Positions 1 to 39,806 are shown, numbered from the stretch's first letter. The stretch is DNA of 64,000 bases from the human T2T-CHM13v2.0 reference genome, Homo sapiens (GCF_009914755.1 NC_060939.1), one strand, 5' to 3'. The notes: generated by a model not told the origin, from the letters alone. Made by a program: numbers and translations.

Positions 1-288
1 TAGTTTTATTTTTTAAATCTAGTGGTTTTTCTTTTTCCTTTTTCCTTATGTCTTAATTATTTCCCCCTTTTTGTTTGTTTTGCTTTTCCCAGTTTAGTGG
101 ATCAATGTAATTTAAATTGCTTTTTAAACAAACATATAAGGGTATACATTTTCGTTGGGTGCTGTTTGACTTTGTTGCACAAGCTTTAAAATCTATTTTT
201 TAATAGTTTGTATTTTCTAAATTATTTTATTACAACTTTTGTTCACATTGCTCTTACTATTAATTTTTTATTTTTATTAATTAATTAA

Positions 289-585
<297 letters not shown>

Positions 586-1104
586 AAAAAGCTTTGTGTT
601 TTTACAGATATTAGACATGTTTCTTGTTTAAGAAAAAAAATCTTAACGAAAACGCAGGAGAATAAGAGAAACATTTTTCCAAAAAAGAGAAATCATTGTG
701 ATTATTTTATCTTATTAGAATGTTGGATAATATAGTCTGCTTCATTAATCATCAAGCATGCTATGCATTTTCCATTTTTATAGGATCTGTATCTCAGTTA
801 AGGTAATACTGGTAATTTTTGTACTGTAATCAAAGATGAAAAATATAGGCCAAAATCATAGACTTTGCATAGAAGCTGGATAATGAAGACAGCTAAGGAG
901 AAAAACATAGATACACACACACAGACACACATATATATAAAGTATACACACATATATTTTTTAAAGTTTTAAAGCTTTTAAAGCAAAAGCCGGCCCCTCT
1001 TCTCTTCCAGAGTGGGAGGCCTCTCCCCTCTCTTAGAGTGGGTGGGGAGAGCGGTTGCCATGGGCAGCTTTCCTTGTGAGCCACAGGGCCCTCTGGACAC
1101 ACTG

Positions 1105-1270
1105 CTTTCTGGCCACGCCCCCTTTCCTTTTCATCTTTCTCATTGACCAATGGGCTTGGAGCATTAAGGCCACGCCCCTATTCCGCATTCTACTGGGGCC
1201 CTGGTTACGCCTCCTCTGGCTCAGTCACACAGCTGCCTGGTAGGTGACTGGAGGCCTTGATTGGTTCTCA
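1105..1270 (+). promoter_or_regulatory. GOLGA8 proximal promoter with two KLF/SP boxes and CCAAT boxes
   Basis: GGCCACGCCCC occurs twice (1111-1121, 1168-1178) around CCAAT at 1147-1151, with a reverse CCAAT (ATTGG) near 1260. All lie within about 200 nt upstream of the ATG at 1321. Confidence 0.55.
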
Positions 1271-1320
1271 TTGAGATTTTGCTGCTGTGACCCCAACCCT
1301 GCCTCCCTCCCCACCCTGCG

Positions 1321-11743
<10,423 letters not shown>

Positions 11744-14700
11744 ACATCACCATCCTCAAAGAGCTGCTCAAGAAATTTTTAAATAAGAAACCAAGTTATG
11801 GGGTTAATCTCCTACACAATTCATTTACTTCCTTTGAATGTTAGAGTCACTCATGATTATTTGTTTTTCTAATTTATAGTTTTAAGTTTATTTGTAAAAA
11901 GTTAAAAGAGAGTGGGTGTCTGTGGCTCTCACTGATGTTCACTCTGGCATCCTTTAGCATTTTTCTTTTTTAATTTCATAATTGTAGGTCATTAGCGTGC
12001 ATATCGAGTTTGCCCTTACGTGGTGGGAGTTCAAACACACAAAGACCCACTCTTTGCCCAAAACTGTTCTCTTTGGTTTGGAATAGGCTGCCATGCTTTT
12101 TTAATGTTATTGCAGCATGTACATTCACTACAGAATTCAGAGAAAATTTGCCTATGTTCTGCTGTTGTTTGATCTAATCTTAATCACAGTGAGCTCTTCA
12201 TTAGCTCAATATGTAGTTTGCCCCCAAGTGTGCACTGTTTATTACTTTGTAATATGCCACTATGAGTACTGACATTTAGAGTTGTTTAAAGGCCAAGAAC
12301 TGGAAACAGCCTTTCCTCCATTTTCTGTGTATTGGTGATGGGAGTGATAACCTTTTGGGGGAGCTTTTTAAATCTCACAGAAGAGGAAAGTGGCCTCCTC
12401 TGGCAGGTACGTGCAGGATAGAGTGTGTTTCATCTGTTCCGGTGCCAGGAATTAGCAGTGTATTATGGTGGTTCCCTTAGGATTTGTATGTGCTCTGGGC
12501 TCATGAAGATACTGCATCATGAGCTGCAGCAGTTGCACTCTTTTTCGATGACCTAAAAAGGGCTTATTTCTGAGGAATGAAAGGTTCCCATCATTGACTG
12601 TGGATGTGGAAATCCTTTCCTAGCTTAGAGCATTTGTATCTACAATACATTTTAAAGTCAGAGTTCATGTTACCTGTTTTAATCACATGACTACATGTCC
12701 CAGTACACAAAAGGGCACTGGTTGGCATTCTTCTTAATGTATTTAGTGAAGATCATAAGAAATCCTTTATGAGTTCAAACGTCCCTGGAACAGGCATACA
12801 GGCTCTAGTCAAGAATGAATTAGAGTGAAGGAAAGCTGTGTGACACCTGGCATTCCTCTCTGTTCACGGAGATTCTTTGAGGCTTGAAGATTGATTTTAC
12901 CATCTAGACCTCTTTGGCTAATACCTATTCTTCAACCACCTTGGTTACTCTGACATAGGAATTTACTTCTTTTTCCTTGAATGGAAAACACTTTAAAAAA
13001 TAATAGAAACATTATTATAAACTAATATATGTGAGATACTTAGTTGAAACAAAAAGGAGTTTTAGTAGACGGTATTGTACTCTCTTTGAAAATCAAGGAG
13101 AAGTTTATGAAACTTAAAATGTGTACAAACTGCAGTGCAATCTACTGTTCGTGAATGTCAATGTATTATCAGGAAACGTGTCTATACAATCACAGAGCTA
13201 TATTTTCTCACAGACTTCTTTACAAAGTGAAATATGTTTTTGTACCTCTGGGTTTCTGTTCGGGACATATTTTGTGCGATATTTATGTGATTGTGCCTAT
13301 GCATGATGAATGAATGCATTTCAGTTGTATATTGCCTAAATCGTAACTTGATGATGCTTGGGAAAGACTCAACAGTTCAAACTTCATGAAGTTCTAATGT
13401 CTGTGTTCCAAAACACATCACATTGTTAGGATGCAGGGAGATAGGTGTGTGTGCTCCCTGCGGTGGGGATTTCTAGTTACTAGATCATCTCCATTTTTAG
13501 CATTTGGCATCCTCATGATACTTCTATAAATATGACATTAACAGGAGAGCAACAATACGATTTTACCGATGGAATAACAGATTTGCTGGCATTCACTGAA
13601 AGAGTGCAAATATTCGGTCCTTGTGACTTCCACTGACTCTTCCAAATTTTATGAATGTATCAATGTATTAGATAAACCCAGTTTTAGAATGATAAAGAAA
13701 AAATCTTAGACCAAATAATGCGGCTAATTAACAGTGGTACGAATTGTAGCCCGTGGGTTTAAAATGCACTTAAAGTCCTGTTCTCGCCTTTTATTTTCTG
13801 AACTTGCCGCTTTTGCATTCTTTGAGTTCAGTTTAAAGACAGTTACTTTAAGAGCATTTTAAACCCTCGGGCTAGAAATCGGACCACTGTTAATCAGCCA
13901 CATTATTTGGTCTAACGTTTTTTCTTTTATCATTCTGAAACTGGGTTTATCTAATACATTGATAAATTATTGCAAAGGTACTTTTATCGTTGAAATCACT
14001 TCACTTTTACCCTGATAAATATCAGTAACTAGAATGACCTTCGGATAGTGTTTAGCATCTGTAACCAATCTGACAATAATGTGTTCATGAGGTGCCTATG
14101 GATTAAATCACACACTGGCATATTTAAGCTGAAGGTCAGTCTGGAAAATAAATTTACTATATTGACTGAAATACCACTCTTTGTGTAGGTATTTGTCATA
14201 TATTTAAGAAAAAGCTAAAAAGAATGGAAATTGTATGACAATAACTCAAGTCTTTCTCCAAAGTGCATGCAGTCTTTTGCGATACCTCATTCAGCCGAGT
14301 ATTTGTGCTCTTCCTCATTCAGTATAAGGCAGCTTTCAGTTTGCTTAGAAGGCAACATTGGAATGTTAGAGTTCATCAGAAACATAGAATTTTAAACTGT
14401 GAGTTCCACTGAATACATTTTGATTTCTGTAGGAAGAATCAAAACACCTATTTAAAGATGGCAATATATAATAATCATTTTAAAAGTATTTGATTAAACC
14501 TGATAATTTTCCAGAAATGAAAAAAAAAATCAGCTCTAAAACCAAAGCTGATTTTAGAAAATTTGAAAATGTAAATCAGCCCTATCCATAATATAGTTTC
14601 TCTAAAACTTTATTTTAAAGAGTCATTTTAAAATAATATAACTATTAAAAAATGTAACTGCTATCTTAATGTTCTGAAATAATTTAAAACATTTTAAAAT

Positions 14701-15100
14701 ATGAATACTGTAGTATAAAAGAAAGAAATGGTGGGAACGAAAAGCAGAGAAAGAAATGCCAATTCCAGTCCAAAGTTTTATTTGCCAAGTTTTCTTAGAA
14801 TGAATTTTACCAGTTTATGAATTATTGTAAACAGAATGTGTCATGGAAATACTGAAAGGTTTTTCCCTAGAGTGGCCTTATTGACTGCTGGTGTGATGCC
14901 ACTGTAATGTAATAAATTATTAAATTGTTTCTAAGTGTTGTTTTTGCCTTAAAATTTTATTTTGCGTTTCTTCAAAACTATAGTTTTAAAGGTATTGATA
15001 CTGTGCAAATGCTGGGCATGCTTGGCACGAGATAATGTGTTTCATTTTTACAAAGTTGTAATATAACTATGCAAGTGTTTCTTAAAAGAACACAAGATTT
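11744..15100 (+). other. Long AT-rich GOLGA8 3' UTR (core-duplicon segment reported as ITSN2-UTR-like)
   Basis: Repeat-free, UTR-like sequence after the stop codon, with AATAAA at 14147-14152 and 14911-14916. The ITSN2 relationship is recalled from the chromosome 15 core-duplicon literature and was not aligned here. Confidence 0.6.
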
Positions 15101-15315
15101 AATAAGTTATGGGATTAAAAAAAGTTATGGGGTGAAAACGTTATGGGATAAAAATGTAAAAACGTTGTGGCAAAAAAACTTGTGGGAAAAAAGTAGAAAA
15201 CAGTATTATGAAAAGTTACAAAAAAAGTTATGAAAAAGAAGTTACGGGATTTTTTTTTAAAAAGTCATGGAATAAAAATAAAATGAGAATCATAAGAGAA
15301 TCATTGAGAATCATA
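15100..15315. repeat. Degenerate A-rich tandem repeat (AAAAAGTTATGGG-like), then (GAGAATCAT) x3
   Basis: Repeated AAGTTATGGG, AACGTTATGGG, AAGTTATGAA and AAGTTACGGG units separated by A runs. Confidence 0.7.
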
Positions 15316-15364
15316 AAAATGCAGATTCTGATTCAGTAGGTCTAGGGTGGGGCCTGAGTTACTT

Positions 15365-15660
15365 CTTTTTTTTGTTTTAGACAGAGTCTTGCTCTGTGGC
15401 CCAGGCTGGAGTGCAGTGGCGTGATCTCCGCTCACGCAAGCTCCGCCTCCCGGGTTCACGCCATTCTCCTGCCTCAGCCTCCCAGGAGTAGCTGGGACTA
15501 TAGGCGCATGCCGCCACGCCCGGCTAATTTTTTTGTATTTTTTAGTAGAGACAGGGTTTCACTGTGTTAGCCAGGATGGTCTCGATCTCCTGACCTCGTG
15601 ATCCACCCTCCTCGGCTTCCCAAAGTGCAGGGATTACAGGCGTGAGCCACTGCGCCCGGC
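15365..15660 (-). mobile_element. AluY with TSD, inserted in a MER5-like fragment
   Basis: TSD CCTGAGTTACTTC at 15353-15365 and 15661-15673. The upstream AAATGCAGATTCTGATTCAGTAGGTCTAGGGTGGGGCCTGAG is MER5A-like. Confidence 0.85.
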
Positions 15661-15674
15661 CCTGAGTTACTTCC

Positions 15675-17628
<1,954 letters not shown>

Positions 17629-18239
17629 TAGTTTCCAGGCGATACCTATGCCGTATTTGAATAGCAAGGCTCTAGTTTAGAGCACTGTTTAGGGAAATCC
17701 ATTGGCCTTGTATCTTAAGTTGGGTTGCCTGAAAAACAGGTACTGAGATGGAGATTTCCCCACAGGAGGCTTACTTGGGAAGGCTCTTGGAACAACACAA
17801 GTAAAGGAGTAAAAGAAACAGGATTGGGCAGCCTGTGAAACAGTTGCCACCATCTCAGCTGCTCCTTCAGGAAGCTCTAGAGCTGGGAAGTCCTTCCGTT
17901 GTCTTGAGATATGGGGGCCAGGCCTATGAAACCCCATATTAACCAGGCACGGAACGTAGACTGCCCAGGGGAAGGCATCACTTGGGGTGAGGCAGGTCCT
18001 TTTCATGGAGCAGCTCTCAGAGGGGGACTTTGTTGTGAGCCATGAGGAACCAACACTTCTGCAAGTGGGGCGAGTGAGCACCTCAGCCTGGAGGGGGATC
18101 TAGGTGAAGCACCACAGTGTCTACTATTCTGGTGATAGCCCAGTGACCTCAGGAAATCACTGTACTATTTTCCATCTTAGTCCACATTTAGGACAGAATA
18201 TGATAGACATTTCTGTTTTATTAATAAATGGAACAATGT

Positions 18240-18626
<387 letters not shown>

Positions 18627-18995
18627 CTAATTTGAAAGTTGCACAAATCATCTTATTTCAAGCAGGGATGCAGGTAAAAGGTTCAGGAAGGCCCTTTGGC
18701 AGACACTTTATGGACTGATTTCACAGAAATGAGGGTTAGGTGAACTAACATCTAAGGAAAAGGATGTGTGCCATCTAGTGGCACTAAAAGCAAAGCCTAA
18801 TGCTTAACGAAAGATTTCCCTTTTCATCGTCAGGGAACTCAGTGAGGTTTTCAGTAGTGTTTTCCTACTTTTAGAAGTAGGTGTGGGAGTTCACTAAATG
18901 AAATAAAATTACAATATCTACAGCTGGATAGCTGTGTGGGGTAACACATAAAATTGGATCCATTCTTTCTACACTGGATAAATTCCAAATTTAAG

Positions 18996-21645
<2,650 letters not shown>

Positions 21646-24013
21646 GGAGACGAAAAACAAAAAGAGCTCAGCTTTAAAAAAGGATTATGACGTAGAAAAA
21701 GACACAACACTGAAGATTGTCATGGGTCTTTAAGAAAAGGAAATTTGAGACGGCTAAAACGCAGAACAGTGTGGAGTTTGGGGAAGAGATGTGGCTAAAG
21801 ACAGCGTAAGCAATTTTTTAAAGTTATGTCTGAAGCAAGAAGAAAAGACAAGGAATAGGTTCAGTTTCATCTCTGATACACTGTTTCTTGTTAAAATTGA
21901 TGTTTTTTTCTGCAGGCATTTGCTTCCTGAATGATGGTCCCACTCAGCCATCCACCTATACTTTCTACAAAGTCAATTTATACTGATTCTTCAGATCAGT
22001 TAATCACTGGTACGTTTCCCCTCCCCGGTCAAGGATCTTTTATTATACGCTATCATAGAATCATATTCCTTTCCTTAGCGCACTTCTCTCAACTGATAAG
22101 TGCCGCCATTAATGTACTTACTTGATAAATATATGCCTGCCTTTCCTCTTCCAGGGCCGAAACTGTGCCTGGTTTTGCTCATCATTCTACAGTATATAGC
22201 ACGAGTTCAATAAACAGTTGTTAAAGCAACATATTTAACTTACATTTTGTTCCCATCTCTTCACTCAGAGACTTTTCTTTGGATTGGGAAGGGTAAAATA
22301 TCCGAAGATTTGAACTCCAAAAGAAACAAAATGATTCTATGCAAACGTTTCCTACTTAAAACTCATTCATTGGGCAAATATTCACTTAGTCCCTGGCACT
22401 ATTTGGTAATAGGAATACAGGAGTGCATATGGCAGATAAAGTTCTGTTGCTGCCCTTACCAAGTTTCGTGGGGGTGAGATGTGGTGTTAGTAAATGCATA
22501 CTATTTTGTCTGTATTTAAATCGAGTCCAAATCTCTCGCTCTACAGCCCGCCTTGGGATGTTTCTTATATCCCAAGAAACAGAATATTTTGATGGGATCG
22601 CTGATGTTTCAGACTGCAAAAGCAGCTCAGGGCGTTTGCAGTCGTGCAAGTCAACAAGATAACCGTCTGGACCGGAAGCTGGGCTCCTCCCGGTCTCCTA
22701 ACTCCAAATCCAACACCAAGCTTCTGCAGCTGCCACCTCCCGTAGACTTCGCATTTCTTCCGCACTCTCCTCTCACGACGGGTCTTCTTTGTTGTACTTA
22801 ATTTCCTACGCAATAAGATTTCAGCATCACCATCAGTCCCCCAAAGACTAATTCCCACAGAGCCGAAGTTCCCACCAAGGGCCGAGGGTTAAGGTTACTA
22901 AAATCAGCGTTTCTGAATCCTGTCTCAAGTTGTCTCAACTGGGCTTCCGTAGAACGGTTTCTTCGTAAGAGGGCCTTCAGCGACAGCCGAGCTCGGAAAA
23001 GAACGGGAATAAGTTGTCTCTTACATTTCCTCAAATACTGTGAATGGTCTGAGGCGCAGGTCAGGTGTATTTAAAAACCTTTAAACAGTATTCCCCCGCC
23101 CCAAAAACTGGCCTTGAAGGAACAAGTGAAACTCATCCTGCTTTTCGTGTTTGCTGGGTTTGCCCGTTACACCCCTTCGCCCGCACCTATCTAGACAGGC
23201 AGCTCTCGGCCACCCTCCGGGGTCCTGATTTTGAAAAGAGGAGTGGACCAATCAGATGTGGAGCGCTGTTTGGCGCTGCCATTTGAGCCTGGGCTGAAAC
23301 TGCGGGTGTGACCCCCCCGTGGTGGCTCCGGGTGTCTGCAGTGGAGCTGGGGGCGGAAGCATGAGGCTAACGGCTTGGCTTCAGTGAACGCACCGGGATG
23401 TGCAGGCCGGGAGGTAGAGGCAGGCTGATGGGGGAGGGAACGAGCAGCCTGTGAGACGGGGTGACGGCGGCTACCAGCCCGGGCGGGCACCGGGACTGGA
23501 AGAGTTGCCTGAGCAGCCGGCTGGTCCGGCGGCCAGGCTAGGGCGGGGGCGAGCGCCCAGTTGAGCCTGCTGGGGCTGGAGGAGCGAGAAGGGTTCTCTT
23601 CACATTTCAGAGCGAACCAGACGGACAGTAAGGTTTGGAGGAAGGGGGATCGTTGGAAGTAGCAGGAAGTGGAGAGAATCTGGCAATAGGCGAGAAACCG
23701 AAAGAATCAGAAAGAAGTCTATGTGAGTAGCTGAAAGCATTGGGTGACCAGAAAGAAGGTCGCTGTAAGTGAAGGAAGAGTGAGGTGTGGCTGGATCAAA
23801 GGGCTAAGAGAAGCGGGTCTGTGTAAGTGGATGTGAGTGAGGATCAAGGAAAAGCCGTGGAAGTGGCCGGGGGTCGGGGCCGCAGAAGTGCCAGACGGGG
23901 CCGGAAAGCAGCCGAGCGGAGTTCAAATTTGAGAGCGTTTGGAAATTGGAAGACTTGGTGGCGAACGAGGGTCAGGACCTGCATCCTGCCTCAGAGTTAT
24001 CGACGTATCCGGA

Positions 24014-33417
<9,404 letters not shown>

Positions 33418-34382
33418 GAGGTAAGTGGTGGTCCCATTTTATGGAGGTACAGTGATTTGCTTTAATCGAAAGTACATTTCACATAAAGAAGCATGAACTG
33501 TGGTATGTGCCTTTTTGGTGCTTAAAGCACAGCTGGAAAGATAGGACGTATGCGTGTAAAAAGTTAAAGCGATAGTACAATCTAATGTTAAGTGCTACAT
33601 CTTTAGCACAAACATAAAATGTGTTAAAAGGAGAAAAGTTCCCTGGATTGTAATTATCAGGGACTTGTCAAAGAGGAGCCAAACTGAACCTTCTTGAATA
33701 ATGGATAGAATTTAGTGGGATTGGGTGGAGGATCAGAATACTTGTATCCTATTCTAGATGAGAAGGATGCTATGAAGAAAGGTTTGTGTAGGGAAGAAGT
33801 AACCTATGTCTAATGTAGATAGCGCAGTATGACTTGAGTGAAGTGTTCAGCATAAGGATAAAGGATGGTATTATGGTAAACTTAATGCCAGGCTAAAGAA
33901 TTAGAATATTAACCTGGGTGTTGGTGAATCATTGAAGATTTATGATGTGAGGCATGATATGATTTAAAAATTTTAGAAAATTACCTGATTTGAAGAATTG
34001 AGACTTGGAAGTAGGGAGAATGGTCAGCAATGTGTGTCAGTAGTCCAGGCATGAGATTATTGTTTGAACTTGTTAGTGACATGGATTAGTTAGTTAGGAG
34101 TACGAACTAAATAATGAAGGAAATATTATCAAGGAAGAATCAGAAAGACCAAAAGACCATCATAAGATGGTAGAGTTGGTAATAAAACTTGCAATCTCCT
34201 TGATCAAGAAATCAGAGGCCATTATTCTTCCAATTACTTTAGGAAATTTATTATCTTTTGAATATCAGAACCAAATGTTACTAACTATCCCAATCCCTTT
34301 TTCATCTTTTGGTTTATTTGTTATTGCATACTTGTGTTTCTTCTTTACCTCCTTTGTAGATAGGATAATACTGATGACTTAT

Positions 34383-34802
34383 GTATGATTTTCCTAGGGC
34401 TACTGTAGCAAAGTACTACAAACTAGGTGGCTTAAACCAACAGAAATTTGTCTCACCGTTCTGGAGGCCAGAAGTCTGAAATCAAGGTGTTGGCAGAATG
34501 CCTGAAACCTGCAGGGGAGAATCCTTTCTTGCCTCTTCCTGGCTCCTGGTAGTGGCTGTCAGTCCTTAGCATTCCTTGGCTTGCAGCCGCGTCACTCCAA
34601 TCCCTGCCTATGTCATCCCATGGTGTTGCTCTGTGTCAGAACTTCCCTCTTACAGGGCACATTGGATTAGGGCCCACCCAAATGACCTCATTTTAACTCG
34701 AGTACATCTGTAAAGACACGAATTCCAAGTATGGTCACCTTCATAGGAACTGGGGGTTAGGACTTAAACATAGGTTTTTTGGAGAACACAATGCAACCCA
34801 TA
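34383..34802. mobile_element. MLT1-family (MaLR) LTR
   Basis: TGTATGATTTTCCTAGGGCTACTGTAGCAAAGTACTACAAACTAGGTGGCTTAAAC...TTCTGGAGGCCAGAAGTCTGAAATCAAGGTGTTGGCAG...GGGGGTTAGGACTT. Confidence 0.8.
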
Positions 34803-35239
34803 AAACTTCCTATCCCAAATGGAGATATTTCTCAGATGCAGATCATCTTTATTGCCCTCTTTCCCAGTCCTGTAGTTTCAGTTATCACCAGTCCTGTAGT
34901 TTCAGTTGTCACATCTAAATAGATAACCACCACATCTGTACCACCGTTATCTTGAAAATGTCAGTTCCACTTTACTAATGGCTTGCTAGGGAGACCTCAT
35001 CACATCTGCTTTTCATTGGTGCTTTAAGCTTAACGTTTTGAAATGACCATCTTTATCCTCTTTATCCTGGTTCTGTGTGAATTCCATTTTCTTCTAACAG
35101 CACCACTATTCCCTAGATAACTCAGGCTTTAACCATGGGTTCTACCTCTTCCTCTACCATCTATAATCAGACAGTTTTTGTGTCATATAAGATTCTATCT
35201 CCATAGTGTTTATTGCATTGTTACTGTAAGAATCTTCTT

Positions 35240-35905
<666 letters not shown>

Positions 35906-36530
35906 AAGGCTTACATTTTAAATGTATAACTCTACTCAAGTATCTCACACACATACCCTTCAGAAATTTTAATTGGTAATAGGGATATTTATAGCTTGGC
36001 ATTAAAGGTCTTTCATAGGATTGCTCTAGCAATCTGTCTACCTGTCTACTATTTCCTGTCTTTGAGCAACTTTAGTCAAACTGTGTTATTTATTTTCCAG
36101 ACACTTTTATTCATTTGCTTACATTATTTATTGATATAATGTTTTTACTTCCATCTCTACTGATCTTTTAAATACTTTTATTCGTGCCTCCATTTCCATG
36201 GTTCTTGCCTCAGTTCAGACCTTCATCTTTTGCCTTAACATGTAATGATTTCTTTTTCCCTACCCTTACTGTACATTATATGTATTTGTATTACATTTCT
36301 TTCTGTATTATGTCTTTTTTATTTTAGGGATATGGAAGTATAAGTGGGGAATGGAATAAAAATATATCCTTTAGTATTTTTCCTATTTTGAAATAATTCC
36401 TCTTAAATAACTTAAAATTTATAAGCCGATGTAAAGTTACATGTTGAAAGAAGACCGCAAATATTAATATGAATTATTGGTGAAAGACAAGTAAATGTGA
36501 AGTTGTAATTGCTTATGTCTTGCATTTCAG

Positions 36531-37575
36531 ATTTTGTTAGTGGAGCACTAAATAAATTTAAACCTAACAGAACACCTTCTATTACACCTCAACAAGAAAG
36601 AATTGGTAGGTATTTATTATATGCATTTATTTAAATTAAAATTTGTATAGTATTCTATAAAATACAATTACAATAATAATTGCCTAACTTAGTAATCAAA
36701 TTTAGTTTAATCAAATCAAATATTATTTTTAATAGTCATACTGTACTATACACACTATGTTGTGACATTGCTAATTACATAGGCTATAATGAACCCAAAA
36801 TTGTAGGCAAAAATTTTTTTAGTTTCCTATGTCTTTAATCTTCTTAATCATGCTTTTCTGTTTGTAATTTAGATGCTATTGAACGTGTGAAAATAGTTCA
36901 ACCTCATTTTTATCTTAGGACTAGAAGTTCATTATTGTATATTTCAATTTTTTATCCTAATTTGCTTGTGGCTGAAATTATTCAGCCAGTAAGAGTCAAC
37001 ATGATCTTCTGTTTTCTAGAGTGAAGAAATGAACTGGTTAATACTCACTTATGATGAAAAGCAAAAATAATATTTAGATTAGTTTTTGTTTCAACTCCTT
37101 GATTGTAATTTCTTCCTTACATTAATATTCTTTAATGTATATCATATGCATCTTTTAGTCTGTTAGATTTAAGTAACTGCTGTCTCTTAAGAGTCTTGCC
37201 TCTGCGACTTCCTTATTTTCATTTAAGTAATTGCAGAGTGTTTTAGTTAAACAACATCTACTTAACTGATGATGTAAATATATTCTCATTTTTTGTTTAG
37301 CTCTAAGTAATAGCTTTATAAGAAGAAATTATGTAAAGCTTTTATATGTTGTCAACTCTGCAGTAGAAGCAAGAAGTTGGTTTTGTTTTGATATTTTTTC
37401 AGCCCAGCTATCTGAATCACCAGTGATTCTTACACCAAATGCTAAGTGTAAATTGCCATGCCAGTAGATTCTTCTCATGGTTTCTCAAGTAAGAAAAGGA
37501 AGTCCATCAAGCACAATTTTAACTTTGAGCTGTTGCCAAGTAATCTCTTCAATAGCAGTTCTATACCAGTATCAG
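36531..37575 (+). other. ARHGAP11B: ARHGAP11A-derived exons 7 (36531-36605) and 8 (37403-37575), now downstream of the 11B stop
   Basis: In the ancestral frame they read [25 protein letters not shown] and AQLSESPVILTPNAK...[41 protein letters not shown] sites are intact. Exon 8 carries a 5-nt TGCCA duplication (37454-37463). No ARHGAP11A exon 9 was seen downstream. Confidence 0.85.
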
Positions 37576-37753
37576 GTAGCAAATAGAATTTATATAAATG
37601 GATTGTAAAGATTAAAATGAGTGCCTATTCTGGGCACAGTGCAATTTCATATTAATAATACCACCCTTAGGAACTAGAACTTTATTCTGTTTTATCCAAC
37701 CTATGAATTTTTATAAAACCCCCTGCCTTTTAAAATAGACAGTGTTTCAATAT

Positions 37754-37756
<3 letters not shown>

Positions 37757-37802
<46 letters not shown>
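37757..37802. repeat. (GT)n microsatellite
   Basis: Seen directly, about 22 units. Confidence 0.95.
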
Positions 37803-37805
<3 letters not shown>

Positions 37806-39098
37806 GACAACATCTATTGAAAGTTGTGATAACCCAGAGTAGTAGTTTGGGCTTCTGGTGATAGCATTGATGCTTAGGTTTTATGTGATTAGACATCCTG
37901 AATCCTGCTATAGTTACATCTGGGTCTATAGCTGTGGCTTTATTGCTGTCATTTGTTGAATTGAGGTTGCCAGATGTTTGATCATGTCTGATTCCCAAGT
38001 GGGAGCGTTACTATTGCAGGTTATGGTTTGAAAATGAGGGTATTTTTAAAGTTTTAGACTCAAGTACCTTTTGTAAAAGCTTTAGAACTTTGTTGACGCT
38101 GTTCCTTGTGCCATGGCTTCCAGATCCCTTACCAGCCCAGCCATTTTCTTCCATATTAACTACAAGTTCTAATGTGGCCAACCAGAGCCTTCAGAGAGTA
38201 ATAGAGTATGATCATGCTAATCCGGAGATTAGTCTGGGTCTTAGATTCAATTGGCTCTTTTAGCATATACAGAATTCAAGTTGGCTCATATTAACCTTAC
38301 GATCAACCAAAAATGAAATGAAACTCTAAGCCCAGGGTCCTCCATCTCATTTATCTTACATTTAGTCAAAATGTGAGTGATCTCTGATTATTTTAGATTT
38401 TTATTTTGTTGGTTTCAGACAATGTTAAGTTTCATTTTTGATTCATTATCTGAGTTATATGAGTTCCTTCCCAAAGCCTGTCTCTTTTTTCTGTTGTCCA
38501 AAAGGGTTCTTATTTGTTTTATTGAGAAGTTGAACAGAATAGCAACTTGAGGTTTTCCAGAAAAAACACTTCCTCACAGGTTCTCTAGGGCTCATTGAAA
38601 TGTGATGATAGTAACTCTGAAGCTTATGTCTGTAGCTTTTGCAGTGTTCACAGGTTGGAGACTTAAACTTTTTTAAGTAACATAGTTCAGTTTTTTTTTT
38701 TTTGAATATTTAAAAGCCTTTGCAGTTTGGAGGACTTTTTCCAAATGGCAAATGGGAGTTGTAGTTCTACCTGCCTTTGCTTATTAGCATTACATTTTCC
38801 CCAAGGAATGAACATACTGATTCCTTCTTCTCCTCCTCCAAGCTCCCAAAACAGAGGTTAAACAGTCTTGTTCTATTTTTAGTTTGAGCTTGCCTAATCA
38901 ATGAATTTTTTAATAAAAAAATTTAAAAGTTCAACAATAATAATCGTATTATTTTTACACCACTTTTCTTTGACCCTACTTTCTCAGCCACAATTCAACA
39001 AATTCCATTTGCAAAATTGAAAATAGATTGATTTCTAAGTTTAGATTATAAAAAATATGATGCTTTTAAAAATATATAAAGACAACATTAGTCTGTAG

Positions 39099-39806
<708 letters not shown>

